This document shows positions 13,063-24,649 of a stretch of DNA of 64,000 nt, piece by piece. This stretch comes from Paraspadella gotoi (taxonomy: Eukaryota > Animalia > Chaetognatha): the NCBI GenBank assembly GCA_051294375.1, contig CM119264.1, forward strand, positions 26,187,011 through 26,251,010, read 5' to 3'. The notes beneath the pieces are model-generated. The model searched no databases, had not been told where the DNA came from, and saw only the letters and a list, made by a program, of their open reading frames with translations. Both the position numbers and the translations under genes were made by a program. Each line of letters begins with the position of its first letter. Position 1 is the stretch's first letter.

Positions 13063-14049
13063 AATGGGACAAGCTGATATTCACCAAGCTACCATCTAGG
13101 CAAAAAGTATATCACATAATTGTTAAAAAGTCATTTATTCAATAAAAAGTTTTAGCAAACAATGTTGGATCTGCTTACAATAATTAAGCGGTAATCACTA
13201 ATCAGCTAATCAGATGATAAATCAAAATAATTCTTTCAATTATAATCGATCATACCAGATCATACCATACCAAACCAGTAGCAGTGATTTACATATATTA
13301 ATATGTAAATCGCATGCAAGGGATTAAACTGAACTATAATATTAACAAATAATTTTTTTAACTTGCTCCATTTTTTAACTCCCATAATTTTTTCAACTTG
13401 CAACATTTTTTTAACTACTTCATTTTTTCAACTTGCATAATTTTTTTAACTTGCATCATTTTTTCACTATAATTGAAAAACTAATTAATCAATTAATTAA
13501 AACATTTATGAGTAAGCATAAATAATAAAAATTAAAGTCAACTTGATTTTAGTTTTTTTTCATGCAAACTCATTTCTACTCCTTTATTCCATCTAAACTT
13601 TATATCCTGCTAAATCACACACTTTCCTACACACACAAAATTTTATCGCAATCTATTTATCCAATTATGATTAATCAGAGTAATTATGGGCTAAAATTAG
13701 TAAAAAGATTTTAGTAAATGTATCTTATGATTTTTATATTTAACTCTTTTTCATTTGTATGATTCCATTAAAAATTTATATCCAGCTCAACCCCACACTG
13801 TCCTACCTACACTTCAAATTTTTTTCAAATCCATTCTTCCAATCCTGAGTAATTTTTTTTTTGCTATGGGGGATGGACATCGTTTTTTTTTAATAATTTA
13901 TAATAATTCGATTTTCTGACATGATTTAACTGAATGACCGAAAAGTTTGAGGGGTTGGACAGACGGACCAACAAAGTGAATTATAAAGTCGGAATCTGCT
14001 GAAAAGAAGATCCTACTAAAAATATACAATTCATGGGTAAAACATGCTT

Positions 14050-14150
14050 CATATGTGTTATGCCCTCCCTTGGCATCGTCTCCTGCCTGCATTCATTTAG
14101 GCTTGCTGTCGTACAGTGAATGGAGATATATGATGATATTTTTCCATTCC
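14050..14150 (-). pseudogene. Tc1/mariner transposase C-terminal relic
   Basis: Reads EWKNIIIYLHSLYDSKPK*MQAGDDAKGGHNTY, matching the Tc1 C-terminal motif L..SMP.R..AV..AKGG.TKY. Confidence 0.8.
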
Positions 14151-16023
14151 CTTTATGCAATTCTTTTTAGCCCTGACATTGATGTTTAATATATTTCCCT
14201 AATTTCTGAGTTAAAATAGCAACTTCATGAACCAAAGAAAGGTGCAGTACCTTTGGCATAGCCAAAAAAAAACTAATTCAATTTGAAATAAAAACAATGC
14301 AATACCAAGAATAGTCAAAAACTAAATGTAATTTTTTAGTCAGATCTGGTTATCTGCAGATTCCGACTGTATAATTCATTTTGTCGGTTCGTCGGTCCCC
14401 CTCCAAAATCTTGTTGGTAAATCATATCAGAACATCGAATTATGATAAATTATAAAAAAAAACTGTCTGTACATCCGTGTATCCATCTGTCTGTCCGTCC
14501 CCTCTTAATAAAAAACATGTATTGGCGCAGCCATTTGTTTGGTATGGTACAATCTTTTATGATCAGTGAGGATCACAAATTGAAAAAATTATCATGATTT
14601 ATTATCTGATTAGCTGATTACTGCTTAATTATTGTAAGCAGATCCAACATTGTTTGCTCAAACTTATTTAATCATTTTTCACTTGAGGTAGCAATGTTTT
14701 TTGCCTGTAATGATTTGAGCTACAAAAAAATGAAAGAAAGCTACTGAAAAAACTTTAATGTATATTCTGAAACATTCTGATTTTTTTTTTAAATTGAACA
14801 AGCTTTCAAGTAAATACCTTCCACTAATCCTGTTTCATTTTTATAGAAAACTCAAGGTTGAAAAATTCACCAGAGCAGAGGAGTCCATTTCCCCTGACTT
14901 GTTTGATATCAAAAAGTTGGTGAATTACTAAGAGAAAAAAAATGCGAGCTCTTCAGACACAACGCTTTTGGAATCGTGCGTTTTTACATATATTTTTTAC
15001 AGAAATTCTTCCCTGGGGCGTTTATAAAGTTTGGTAATCAGATTTGAACGAAAATCTCCATTGAAAAAATATTATAAGATTTCTAAAATCGATGTCGACT
15101 CTTATTTTATATATATATATAGAAAGGACAAGAGCGAAAAAACTTACAAACTTACCAATATATGAATTAATTATATGCCCAATGGCAGAGCGATAGGTAA
15201 CCTGTGTGAGGTTTGCTGGAATGCGTGGATCTGTCGGAATAATATAATAATAAATAATATGGCACAGTGTTATCCCCGAGGTGGAAGGAATCTCACAACA
15301 GGCAATCAGGGTTTTGGACCTGAATTGACCACCCCATGTGACTGTGACCCGTGACCGTGTGCAAGCCAATGGGACAAGCTGAGATTCACCAAGCTACCAT
15401 CTAGGCAAAAAGTATATCACATAATTGTTAAAAAGTCATTTATTCAATAAGAAGTTTTATCAAACAATGTTGGATCTGCTTACAATAATTAAGCGGAAAT
15501 CACTAATCAGCTAATCAGATGATAAATCATAATAATTCTTTAATTTCTGATAATAACTGATCATAACAGATTGTACCATACCAAACCAATGGCAAGGGCT
15601 TGCAAGGGCAATGGCTTGCAAGGGATTAAATTGAACTATAATATAAACAAACATTTTTTTTAACTTGCTCTGTTTTTTAACTCGAATAATTTTTTCAACT
15701 TTCATTATTTTTTCAACTTCCATCTTTTTTCAACTTGCATCATTTTGTTAATAACATCATTTTTTCAACTTGCATAATTTTTTTAACTTGCATCATTTTT
15801 TCACTATAATTGAATAACTACTTAATCAATTAAAACATTTATGAGTAAGCATAAATAATAAAAATTCAAGTCAACTTGATTTTAGTTTTTTTTTTGTGCA
15901 AACTCCTTCATTCCACCTAAACTTTATATCCTGCTAAATCACACACTTTCCTACACACACAAAATTTTATCTCAATCTAATCATCCAATTATGATTAATC
16001 AGAGTAATTATTGGTTAAAATTA

Positions 16024-16138
16024 GAACAAAGTTTGAAGAGAGATTTAACAACGATTTTTATTTCAATCGTTGTTAAATCTCTCTTCAAACTTTGTTCTAA
16101 ATCAAATCACAACGAAACAGAAAGGAAAAAAACACAAG
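16024..16138. mobile_element. Short Penelope-like inverted tail insertion
   Basis: Perfect 36-bp inverted repeat (16021-16056/16065-16100) plus an unpaired A/C-rich extension, flanked by duplicated GGTTAAAATTA. Shares the TAACAACGA…TTTTTATTTC tail with the 54756-54944 insertion. Confidence 0.55.
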
Positions 16139-16329
16139 GGTTAAAATTAATAAAAATATTTTAGTATATGTAACTTAAGGTTTTTACATCTAACTAATTT
16201 CCACTTGCACGATTTCATTAAAAAAAATTATATCCAGCTCAACCACACACTATCCTATCTACACACAAAATTTCTTTCAAATCCATCCATCCAATCACGA
16301 GTTTTTACCAATGGGGGATGGACATGGGT

Positions 16330-17065
16330 TTTTTAGTCGTATTTGCCTATCAGCAGATTCCGACTCTATAATTCACTTTGTCGGTCTGTCGGTCCCACCC
16401 CTAAATATTGTCGGTAAATCATTATTATCATATCAGAAACTCGAATTATGATAAATTATGCAAAAGAAATGATGTCCGTCCCTCCGTCCCCCATTAGCAA
16501 AAAACTCCAATTACTCGTGATTGGATGGATGGATTGGTATGAAATTTTGTGTGTGGGTAGGAAACTGTGTGATTGAGATGAATTTGAAGTTTCGATAGAA
16601 TTGTGCGAGTGAAAATGAGTTAAAATAGGAAAAATAAAATAAAATTATGCCAGTTGACCAAATTATGCCAGTTGACCAAATTATGCCAGTTGATAAAATT
16701 ATGCCAGTTGACCAAATTATGCCGGTTGACCAAATTATGTTAATTGACCAAATTATGTCAGTTGACCAAATTATGTCAGTTGAACAAATTATGTCAGTTA
16801 ACCAAATTATGTCAGTTAAACAAATTAAGTCAGTTGACCAAATTATGTCAGTTGACCAAATTATGTCAGTTGACCAAATTATGTCAGTTGACCAAATTAT
16901 GTCAGTTGACCAAATTATACCAGCTGACAAAATTATGTTGGTTGACCAAATTATGCCAGTTGACCAAATAATGCAAGTTGATTAAATTATGCAAGTTGAC
17001 CAAGTTAGCTTATTACCACTTAATTATCGCAGGCAGATCCGACATTGTTTGCTCAAACTTGTTTA
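16330..17065 (+). mobile_element. DINE-1/HINE-like element with expanded central tandem repeat
   Basis: Both subTIRs and the 3' hairpin are present. Contains the 18-bp array at 16642-17003. Confidence 0.8.
16642..17003. repeat. 18-bp tandem repeat (AAATTATG(C/T)CAGTTGACC) x ~20
   Basis: Head-to-tail units with no spacers. Explains the repetitive ORFs at 16511-16985. Confidence 0.95.
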
Positions 17066-17183
17066 ATAATTTATCATAATTCGATTTTTGGACATGATTT
17101 AACTGAATGACCGACAAGTTTGAGGGGTTGGACTGATGGACCAACAAAGTGAATTATACAAAAATTATACAAAATATACATAA

Positions 17184-17268
17184 TATTTGTTATGCCCTCC
17201 CTTGGCATCGACTACTGCCCTCATTCATTTGGGCATGCTGTCGTACAGTGAATGGAGATATATGATGG
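17184..17268 (-). pseudogene. Tc1/mariner transposase C-terminal relic
   Basis: Reads YLHSLYDSMPK*MRAVVDAKGGHNKY. Confidence 0.85.
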
Positions 17269-18362
17269 CTTATCAGCAGATTCCGACTCGGTCCGTCGGT
17301 CCCACCCCTAAATCTTGTCGGTATATCATTTTTATCATATCAGAACATCATATTATGCTAAATTAGGCATAAAAACGATGTCCGTCCGTCTGTCTGTCCG
17401 TCCGTTTGTCCGTCCGTTTGTCCGTCCCTCCTTAGCAAAAAACTCCATTTACTCGTGATTGGATGGTTGGATTGGAATAAAATTTTGTGTGTGGGTAGAA
17501 AGTGTGTTTTTAAGCTGGATATAAAGTTTCGATGGAATCGTCCGAGTGGAAATTAGTTTAAATGGAAAAAACAAAAAAATATATTTCACTATTTGAACAC
17601 TAATTGCTCATGAGTGGATGGGGCGATTGGCCTGGAATTTTATATGTGGTTAGGAAAGTGTGTGATTGAACAGGAAATAAAGTTTTGATGGAATCGTTTG
17701 AGTGGAAATGAGTTTAAATGGAAAAATACAAAAACCTGTTTCACTAATTGATTATGCTTCTTTTTCCTTTTATATTATATGTATATGCAGGATCAAATAA
17801 TTAATCAGTTAATTAATCAATTAGTCAATTAATTAATAAATAATTAATTAATCAGTCAATCAATCCGTCCATCCGTCCCACCTCAGCAAAAAGCTCCAAT
17901 AACTCGTGATTGGCTGGTTGGATTGGAATGAAATTTTGTGTGTGGGTTGGAAAGTGTGTGATGAAGCTGGATATATAGTTTCGATGGATTCGTGTGAGTG
18001 AAAATGAGTTTAAATGGAAAAAACATAAGTCGCATTTACTAAAATCTTTTTACTTATTTTAACCAATAAATACTCTAATTAATCATAATTGGATAGATAG
18101 ATTGAGATGAAGCTGGATATAAAGTTTAGATAGAATCGTACAAGTGGAAATGAGTTTAAATAGAACAAGTTTGAGCAAACAATGTCGGATCTGGCCGCAC
18201 AGATTAATTATCCGGTCAATTAATTAATTTAATTAATTAATAATTAATAAAATAATTAATTAGGCAATTAATTAATTTGATCCCAAATGTTTGTTTTTAG
18301 GTCTTTTCATCACTAACCACGACAAAAGCAATGACGACGATGAGAATAATGCCGATAACGAT

Positions 18363-19849
18363 TAGTGTTCCGATAACCGTTAACAGTTAACGGTTATTAA
18401 CGGTTAAAATAATTTTAACTTAACCGTTAATATATTTATTTTAACGGTTAAATTCGGTTAATTTTCAAGTATGATTATTGTTATAGAAACTTTGATTTTT
18501 TAAGAAAAAAATTTTTTTTCCTTATTCTCCTCTCCTTCTCACTATATTTTTCCCCTCTCTCTGTTCTACATTTTCCCATATTTTTTCTTTGTTATTTTCA
18601 ACCCTTTTAATCTTTTTCTATTTTAATCTATTATCATTTTTTTTCTGCCCTTCCGGTATTTTTTTTACTTACTTTCTCCCAATTGTTTTCGTTTTTCCTT
18701 TCAGCTAATTAAGCATTTACATCAAAGAATATTTTGAAATATAATATGCATCTGCATATATTTTTTTGCAAATAAAATTTTACATGCAATAATATTCTAT
18801 TTGCTAATAAAAAAATAAATAATCTTTCTTCTTTTACTTTTTTTAGCTTTTTCTTTTCAATTTTTAAAATGAACAAAGAAGTAAATATAATAAAGCCGAA
18901 TGAATGAAAAAATTTAAAAAAAAACTAAAATAAAAAAATTATTAAGAAACATTTAAAAAATGAACAATAGAAGGAATGAATCTTTGAAAAGACATTAAGG
19001 CTAACTAAAACTATCCTTCAATGATGATATACTTTACTTTAATAAAATTTAAAAAAATATTTATTAATTAATAACTCTTTGATCAATCGATCATTTAACA
19101 ATTCAATTAATAATTGATATTCATAATTAAAGAGAAACAAAGTTATTTGTTTACAAACAACCGGTTTTTATTCCAAAAAACGGACATGTTTCGACTCTAG
19201 TTTTCCGAGTCTACATCAGCGCGTGAGAGTCGAAACATGTCCTTTTTTTAAAAAATAAAAAACCTGTTGTTTGTAAACAAATAAACTTTGCTTTCATAAC
19301 TATAAACGTAATGAAAAGAAAGTCTTAATACAATATTTATAATTATATTTATATTTATGGTGCATGGTTTATGAAAGACTAACAAACAGAAAACATGCTT
19401 TCAAGAAAACTAACAACTATAAAAATAATGAGGAAGAGAAATAGAAAAAGGAAAAGCAAAAACGAAAGAAAGAAAGAAAAGAGAGAAAGAGAAAACAAAA
19501 TATACAGAATTAAAATTACATTGTGCTTTTTTTTCATTGTCTTTTTTCATATTTTTATTATGCTATGAGGCAAAAAAATTTTTATTATAATGCTGTTTTT
19601 TCAAACCAATTTTCTCATTTATCAACTATAATGTGTACCTCATCTATCTGAAATAAAGAGATAAAGACTATTCAGTAGCCGGAGTTAGGAGAAAATACCA
19701 TTAAATACTTTAGTTAGTTTCAAATATTAATATTTTAAATTTAAAGTTAAATTATAAAATTAACGCGATTTTAACGGTTAACCGTTAAAAACGTTAGTTT
19801 TAACGTTAAGGACGAAGTTCCTCAAAAATTAACGGTTAACGGAACCCTA
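18363..19849. mobile_element. Non-autonomous hAT-type DNA transposon
   Basis: TIRs TAGTGTTCCGATAACCGTTAA / TTAACGGTTAACGGAACCCTA. Exact 8-bp TSD ATAACGAT (18355-18362, 19850-19857). Subterminal TAACCGTTAA repeats at both ends. Confidence 0.9.
19130..19332. mobile_element. Penelope-like inverted tail insertion with minimal hammerhead core
   Basis: Inverted arms. Minus strand 19219-19183 reads CTGATG(T)A-GACTC-GGAAAACTA-GAGTC-GAAAC-AT-GTC, followed by AATAAA. Flanked by near-duplicate ATATT(C/T)ATAATTA. Confidence 0.7.
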
Positions 19850-20390
19850 ATAACGATTGAATTAATTTATTGACTGATTATTTGATTATTGATTAATTAA
19901 TTGACTAATTGAATAATTAACTGATTAATTATTTAATTAATTAATACATCTTGCATTTACATTTAATATAAAAAGAAAAAGAAGTAAAATCAATCAGTAA
20001 AACATAATTTTTTGTTTTTTCCATTTAAACTCATTTCCATTCAGACGATTCCATCAAAACTTGTTTTCCAGCTTAATCACACACTTTCCAACCCACATGC
20101 AAAATTCCAGGTCAATCGCCCGATCCACTCATGAGCAATTGGTGTTCAATTAGTGATTTTTTTTTCTATTTAAAAAATGTTAAAAAATGATTCTAGTTAA
20201 AAAATGAAGCAAGTAGAAAAAATGATGCAAGTTGAAAATATGATACAAGTTGAAAAAATGATGCAAGTTGAAAAAATGATGGAAGTTGAAAAAATGATGC
20301 AAGTTGAAAAAATGATGCAAGTAAAAAAAAAAGATGCAAGTAGAAAAAATAATAATAGTTAAAAAATAATAATTTGTACTTCATTTGTAT

Positions 20391-20437
<47 letters not shown>

Positions 20438-22782
20438 TCTGATTACCGCTTAATTATCGTGGGTAGATCCGACATTGCTCAAAATTCTTTTTGTCATTTG
20501 TTACATATTAATAAATATTTAAAAGCTTCAGTGCAACAACCCAATGAACTAATTCAAAAAGTTGCATTGAAAATCGTTATAGTAAAAGAAGGAAAAAAAA
20601 TTTTGAGAGAACTAGAAGTGATAAAAAGTGTTCAATTTTGGCCCGCCTTACTGAATAATTCACTTGGTCGGTTTGTAGGTTCNNNNNNNNNNTTGGCCCG
20701 CCTTACTGTATAATTCACTTAGTCGGTTTGTAGGTTCCCTTCAAAAAAATTTGTCGGTAAANNNNNNNNNNNNNNNNNNNNNNNNNNNNNNNNNNNNNNN
20801 NNNNNNNNNNNNNNNNNNNNNNNNNNNNNNNNNNNNNNNNNNNNNNNNNNNNNNNNNNNNNNNNNNNNNNNNNNNNNNNNNNNNNNNNNNNNNNNNNNNN
20901 NNNNNNNNNNNNNNNNNNNNNNNNNNNNNNNNNNNNNNNNNNNNNNNNNNNNNNNNNNNNNNNNNNNNNNNNNNNNNNNNNNNNNNNNNNNNNNNNCAGC
21001 CATTTGTTTGGTATGGTACAATCTTTTATGATCAGTAAGGATCTCAAATTGAAAGAATTATCATGATTTATCATCTGATTAGCTGATTACTGCTTAATTA
21101 TTGTAAGCAGATCCAACATTGTTTGCTTAAACTTATTTAATCATTTTTCACTTGAGGTAGCAATGTTTTTTGCCTGTAACGATTTGAGCTACAAAAAAAT
21201 GAAAGAAAGCTAGTGAAAAAAAACTATATATATTCTGAAACATTCTGAGTTTTAGTCGGATCTGCTTATCAGCAGATCCTGACTCTATAATTCACTTTGT
21301 TGGTCCATCGGTCCGCCCCCTCAATATTGTCAGGCACTAACTTATATCATGTCAGAACATCGAATTATGATAAATTATGCAAAAAAAAAAATTATGTCCG
21401 TCCCACCTTAGCAAAAAACACTAATTACTCGTGANNNNNNNNNNNNNNNNNNNNNNNNNACATTCCTGCATATACATTTAATATAAAAAAGAAAAAGAAG
21501 CATAATCAATTAGTGAAACAGGTTTTTTGTTTTTTCCATTTAAACTCATTTCCACTCAAACGATTCCATCGAAACTTGATTTCCTGTTCAATCACACACT
21601 TTCCTACCCACATATAAAATTCCAAGTCAATCGCCCCATTCACTCATGAGCAATTGGTGTTTAAATAGTGAAATATATTTTTTTTCCATTTAAACTCATT
21701 TCTACTTGGACAATTCCATCGAAACTTCATATCCAGCTCAATCACACACCTCCCTACCCACACACAAAATTTATTCAAATCCATTCCATCCAATCACGAG
21801 TAATTAGTGTTTTTTGCTAAGGTAGGGACGGACATAATTTTTTTTTTTTGCATAATTATCATAATTCGATGTTCTGACATGATATAAGTTAGTGCCTGAC
21901 AATATTGAGGGGGCGGACCGATGGACCAACAAAGTGAATTATAGAGTCAGGATCTGCTGATAAGCAGATCCGACTAAAATCAGAATGTTTCAGAATGTAT
22001 ATATGTTTTTTTTCACTAGCTTTCTTATCATTTTTTTGTAGCTCAAATCGTTACAGGCAAAAAACATTGCTACCTCAAGTGAAAAATGATTAAATAAGTT
22101 TAAGCAAACAATGTTGGAATCTGCTTACAATAATTAAGCAGTAATCAGCTAATCAGATGATAAATCATGATAATTCTTTCAATTTGAGATCCTTACTGAT
22201 CATAAAAGATTGTACCATACCAAACAAATGGCTGCGCCAATACATGTTTTTTGTTCAAGGGGACGGAAAGACGGATGGATAGACGGACGTACAGACAATT
22301 TTTTTTGCAGAATTTATCATAATTCGATGTTCTGATATGATTTACCGGACAAATTTTTTTGAAGGGAACCTACAAACCGACCTAAGTGAATTATAGCAGT
22401 AAGGCGGGCCAAAATTGAACACTTTTTATCACTTCTAGTTCTCTCAAAAAATTTTTTTCCTTCTTTTACTATAACGATTTTCAATGCACACTTTTTGAAT
22501 TAGTTCATTGGGTTGTTGCACTGAAGCTTTTAAAATATTATTAATATGTAACAAATGACAAAAAGAATTTTGAGCAATGTCGGATCTACCCACGATAATT
22601 AAGCGGTAATCAGATAATAATAAATAAAAATATAAATAATAAATAAATAAATAATAAATAATAAATAAATAAATAAATAAATAAATAAATCAAATGAAGT
22701 ACAAATTATTATTTTTTAACTATTATTATTTTTTCTACTTGCATCTTTTTTTTTTTACTTGCATCATTTTTTCAACTTCCAT

Positions 22783-24649
22783 TGTATAATAAGACGGCAC
22801 GATGCGGCGCCGCTGGCATAGCACTGGCGTGGCGGACGCTTAGTGGTCGGGACGCTGATTAAGCAAACCGGCGCTAAGATTCGGCACTTAGAGATTAGAG
22901 ACGCGGTGCCAAGAGACGGAGCTGAACGAGATTTGAATTATTTTTCTTTTCTTTAAATTTATGCGAAATTATGTCACTTAGACCTATGGGAAGCCTAAGA
23001 TGTACTATTTCTACTACTACTCCTCCTTCTACTTGTTGTACATAATGGCTAATATACTCTGTTGAACGTAGTAAATGGTTGTCGCTGATAGGACGCACAG
23101 GAGAGAGAGGATGACCGACTCAGCCTAAGAAGGTGAGTCGGAGTTGAAATCGTCGTGGAACGGAACGCACGACAAAATTCGGCCAGCCCAAACAGGGGGA
23201 CGTCAGCAAACAAAACAAAACAAAACAAAAAATAAAAATAATTAGAGAAAATAAAACAAAGATAAGCAGTCTCACTGTTCAAAGAAAAATAACAGCGACG
23301 AAAAGAGAAATTCAAGAAAACGTCTTAGTTGAATCCTTAAAATTGAGTGATACAAAGTTTGAGCACGGTTTGTAAGAGGCACTGTAAATCTGAAGAAAAA
23401 AGGGTTCACAAAACATGTTTTAATCGAAAAACAAGTCACAGGCAAGCTTATGTTTCAGACTTGACAATTATAATGGTTTATTATTGTTTGGCGTCATGAT
23501 GTATGTTATGATTATATCCGAAAAGGCGAAGGAACGGCGCCGGTTTTTTGGAAGTAACCGGCGTCGAGATGGGAGCCGTCGGAACAGCTCCGGCCCTTTG
23601 AAGCAGTCGATGTCGCAGCGGAAGTGGCACTTGAGTGGAATGTGTCTCATAATTATTACTTGCAGCCGTTTAATACAACTTGCTTGAAACTGTTATTTAT
23701 AGTAGTTCCAAAAGTTGGAAATATACAGACATCGAGTTTCATAAAAAACTCGTTTGGATTAGTTTCATTATTCACCAAACTGATGAAACCATGTTATTGC
23801 CTCCGAGCGAAAACGGGTGGAGGGGAAGGAGAAGTGAGTTTTCTCCGGAGTCAAGACGACGAAGTCACGAGGTGCTGCAGACGACGACGTACGAGGTGCT
23901 GCAGGCGACAAAGTTAACGAGGTGCTGCAGACGAAGACGTTATGAGGTGCTGCAGACGAAGACGTTACGAGGTGCTGCAGACGAAGACGTTAGGAGGTGC
24001 TGCAGACAAAGACGTTACGAGGTGCTGCAGACGAAGACGTTACGAGGTGCTGCAGACGACGACGTTACGTTGTGCTGAAGATGGCAACGTACAAGGTGCT
24101 GCAGACAACGACGTTATGAGGTGCTGCAGATGGCGACGTTACAAGGTGTTGCAGTTCCAAGGATGAGATGCAGCAGATGGATCAGGATGCTGCAGAGCAC
24201 AAATTGCAGACGTAGACGCAGATGCAGCCGGGGATTTGGGTCAAGGAGTGCATGCCAGCGCTGACGCAATCATGCCACTAAATGAAAATTTGTGGGCAAA
24301 TTGTGGGGACTGTATAATAAGACGGCACGATGCGGCGCCGCTGGCATAGCACTGGGCGTGGCGGACGCTTAGTGTCGGGACGCTGATTAAGCAAACCGGC
24401 GCTAAGATTCGGCACTTAGAGATTAGAGACGCGGTGCCGAGAAGACGGAGCTGAACGAGATTTGAATTATTTCTTTTCTTTAATTTATGCGAAATTATGT
24501 CACTTAGACTATGGGAAGCCTAAGATGTACTATTTCTACTACTACTCCTCCTTCTACTTGTTGTACATAATGGCTAATATACCTGTTGAACGTAGTAAAT
24601 GGTTGTCGCTGATAGGACGCACAGGAGAGTACCCATTACTAAGTTGATA
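22783..24649 (+). mobile_element. Non-autonomous LTR retroelement (~1.87 kb)
   Basis: Direct repeats at 22783-23105 and 24311-24649 starting TGTATAAT. GGGGAC purine tract precedes the 3' LTR. 5-bp TSD TCCAT (22778-22782, 24650-24654). Empty site in the inverted duplicate near 20280. No pol motifs. Confidence 0.85.
23866..24158. repeat. 25-bp tandem repeat (ACGAGGTGCTGCAGACGAAGACGTT) x ~12 inside the LTR element
   Basis: Contiguous units with no unique spacers. Confidence 0.9.

Noticed and set aside
16511-16985. Repetitive ORFs (IIWSTD)n, (QIMSVD)n and (TKLCQL)n
   Set aside because: Frames are open only because the 18-bp satellite unit is a multiple of 3. The array lies inside a HINE.
19629-19660. 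9-nt microexon (TTTCAG|ATAGATGAG|GTAC) on the minus strand
   Set aside because: Lies inside a hAT element absent from paralog C, and would introduce a stop in the phase-2 frame.
23866-24158. CRISPR-like array of 25-bp repeats
   Set aside because: Units are contiguous with no unique spacers, lie inside a eukaryotic LTR element, and have no cas genes nearby.
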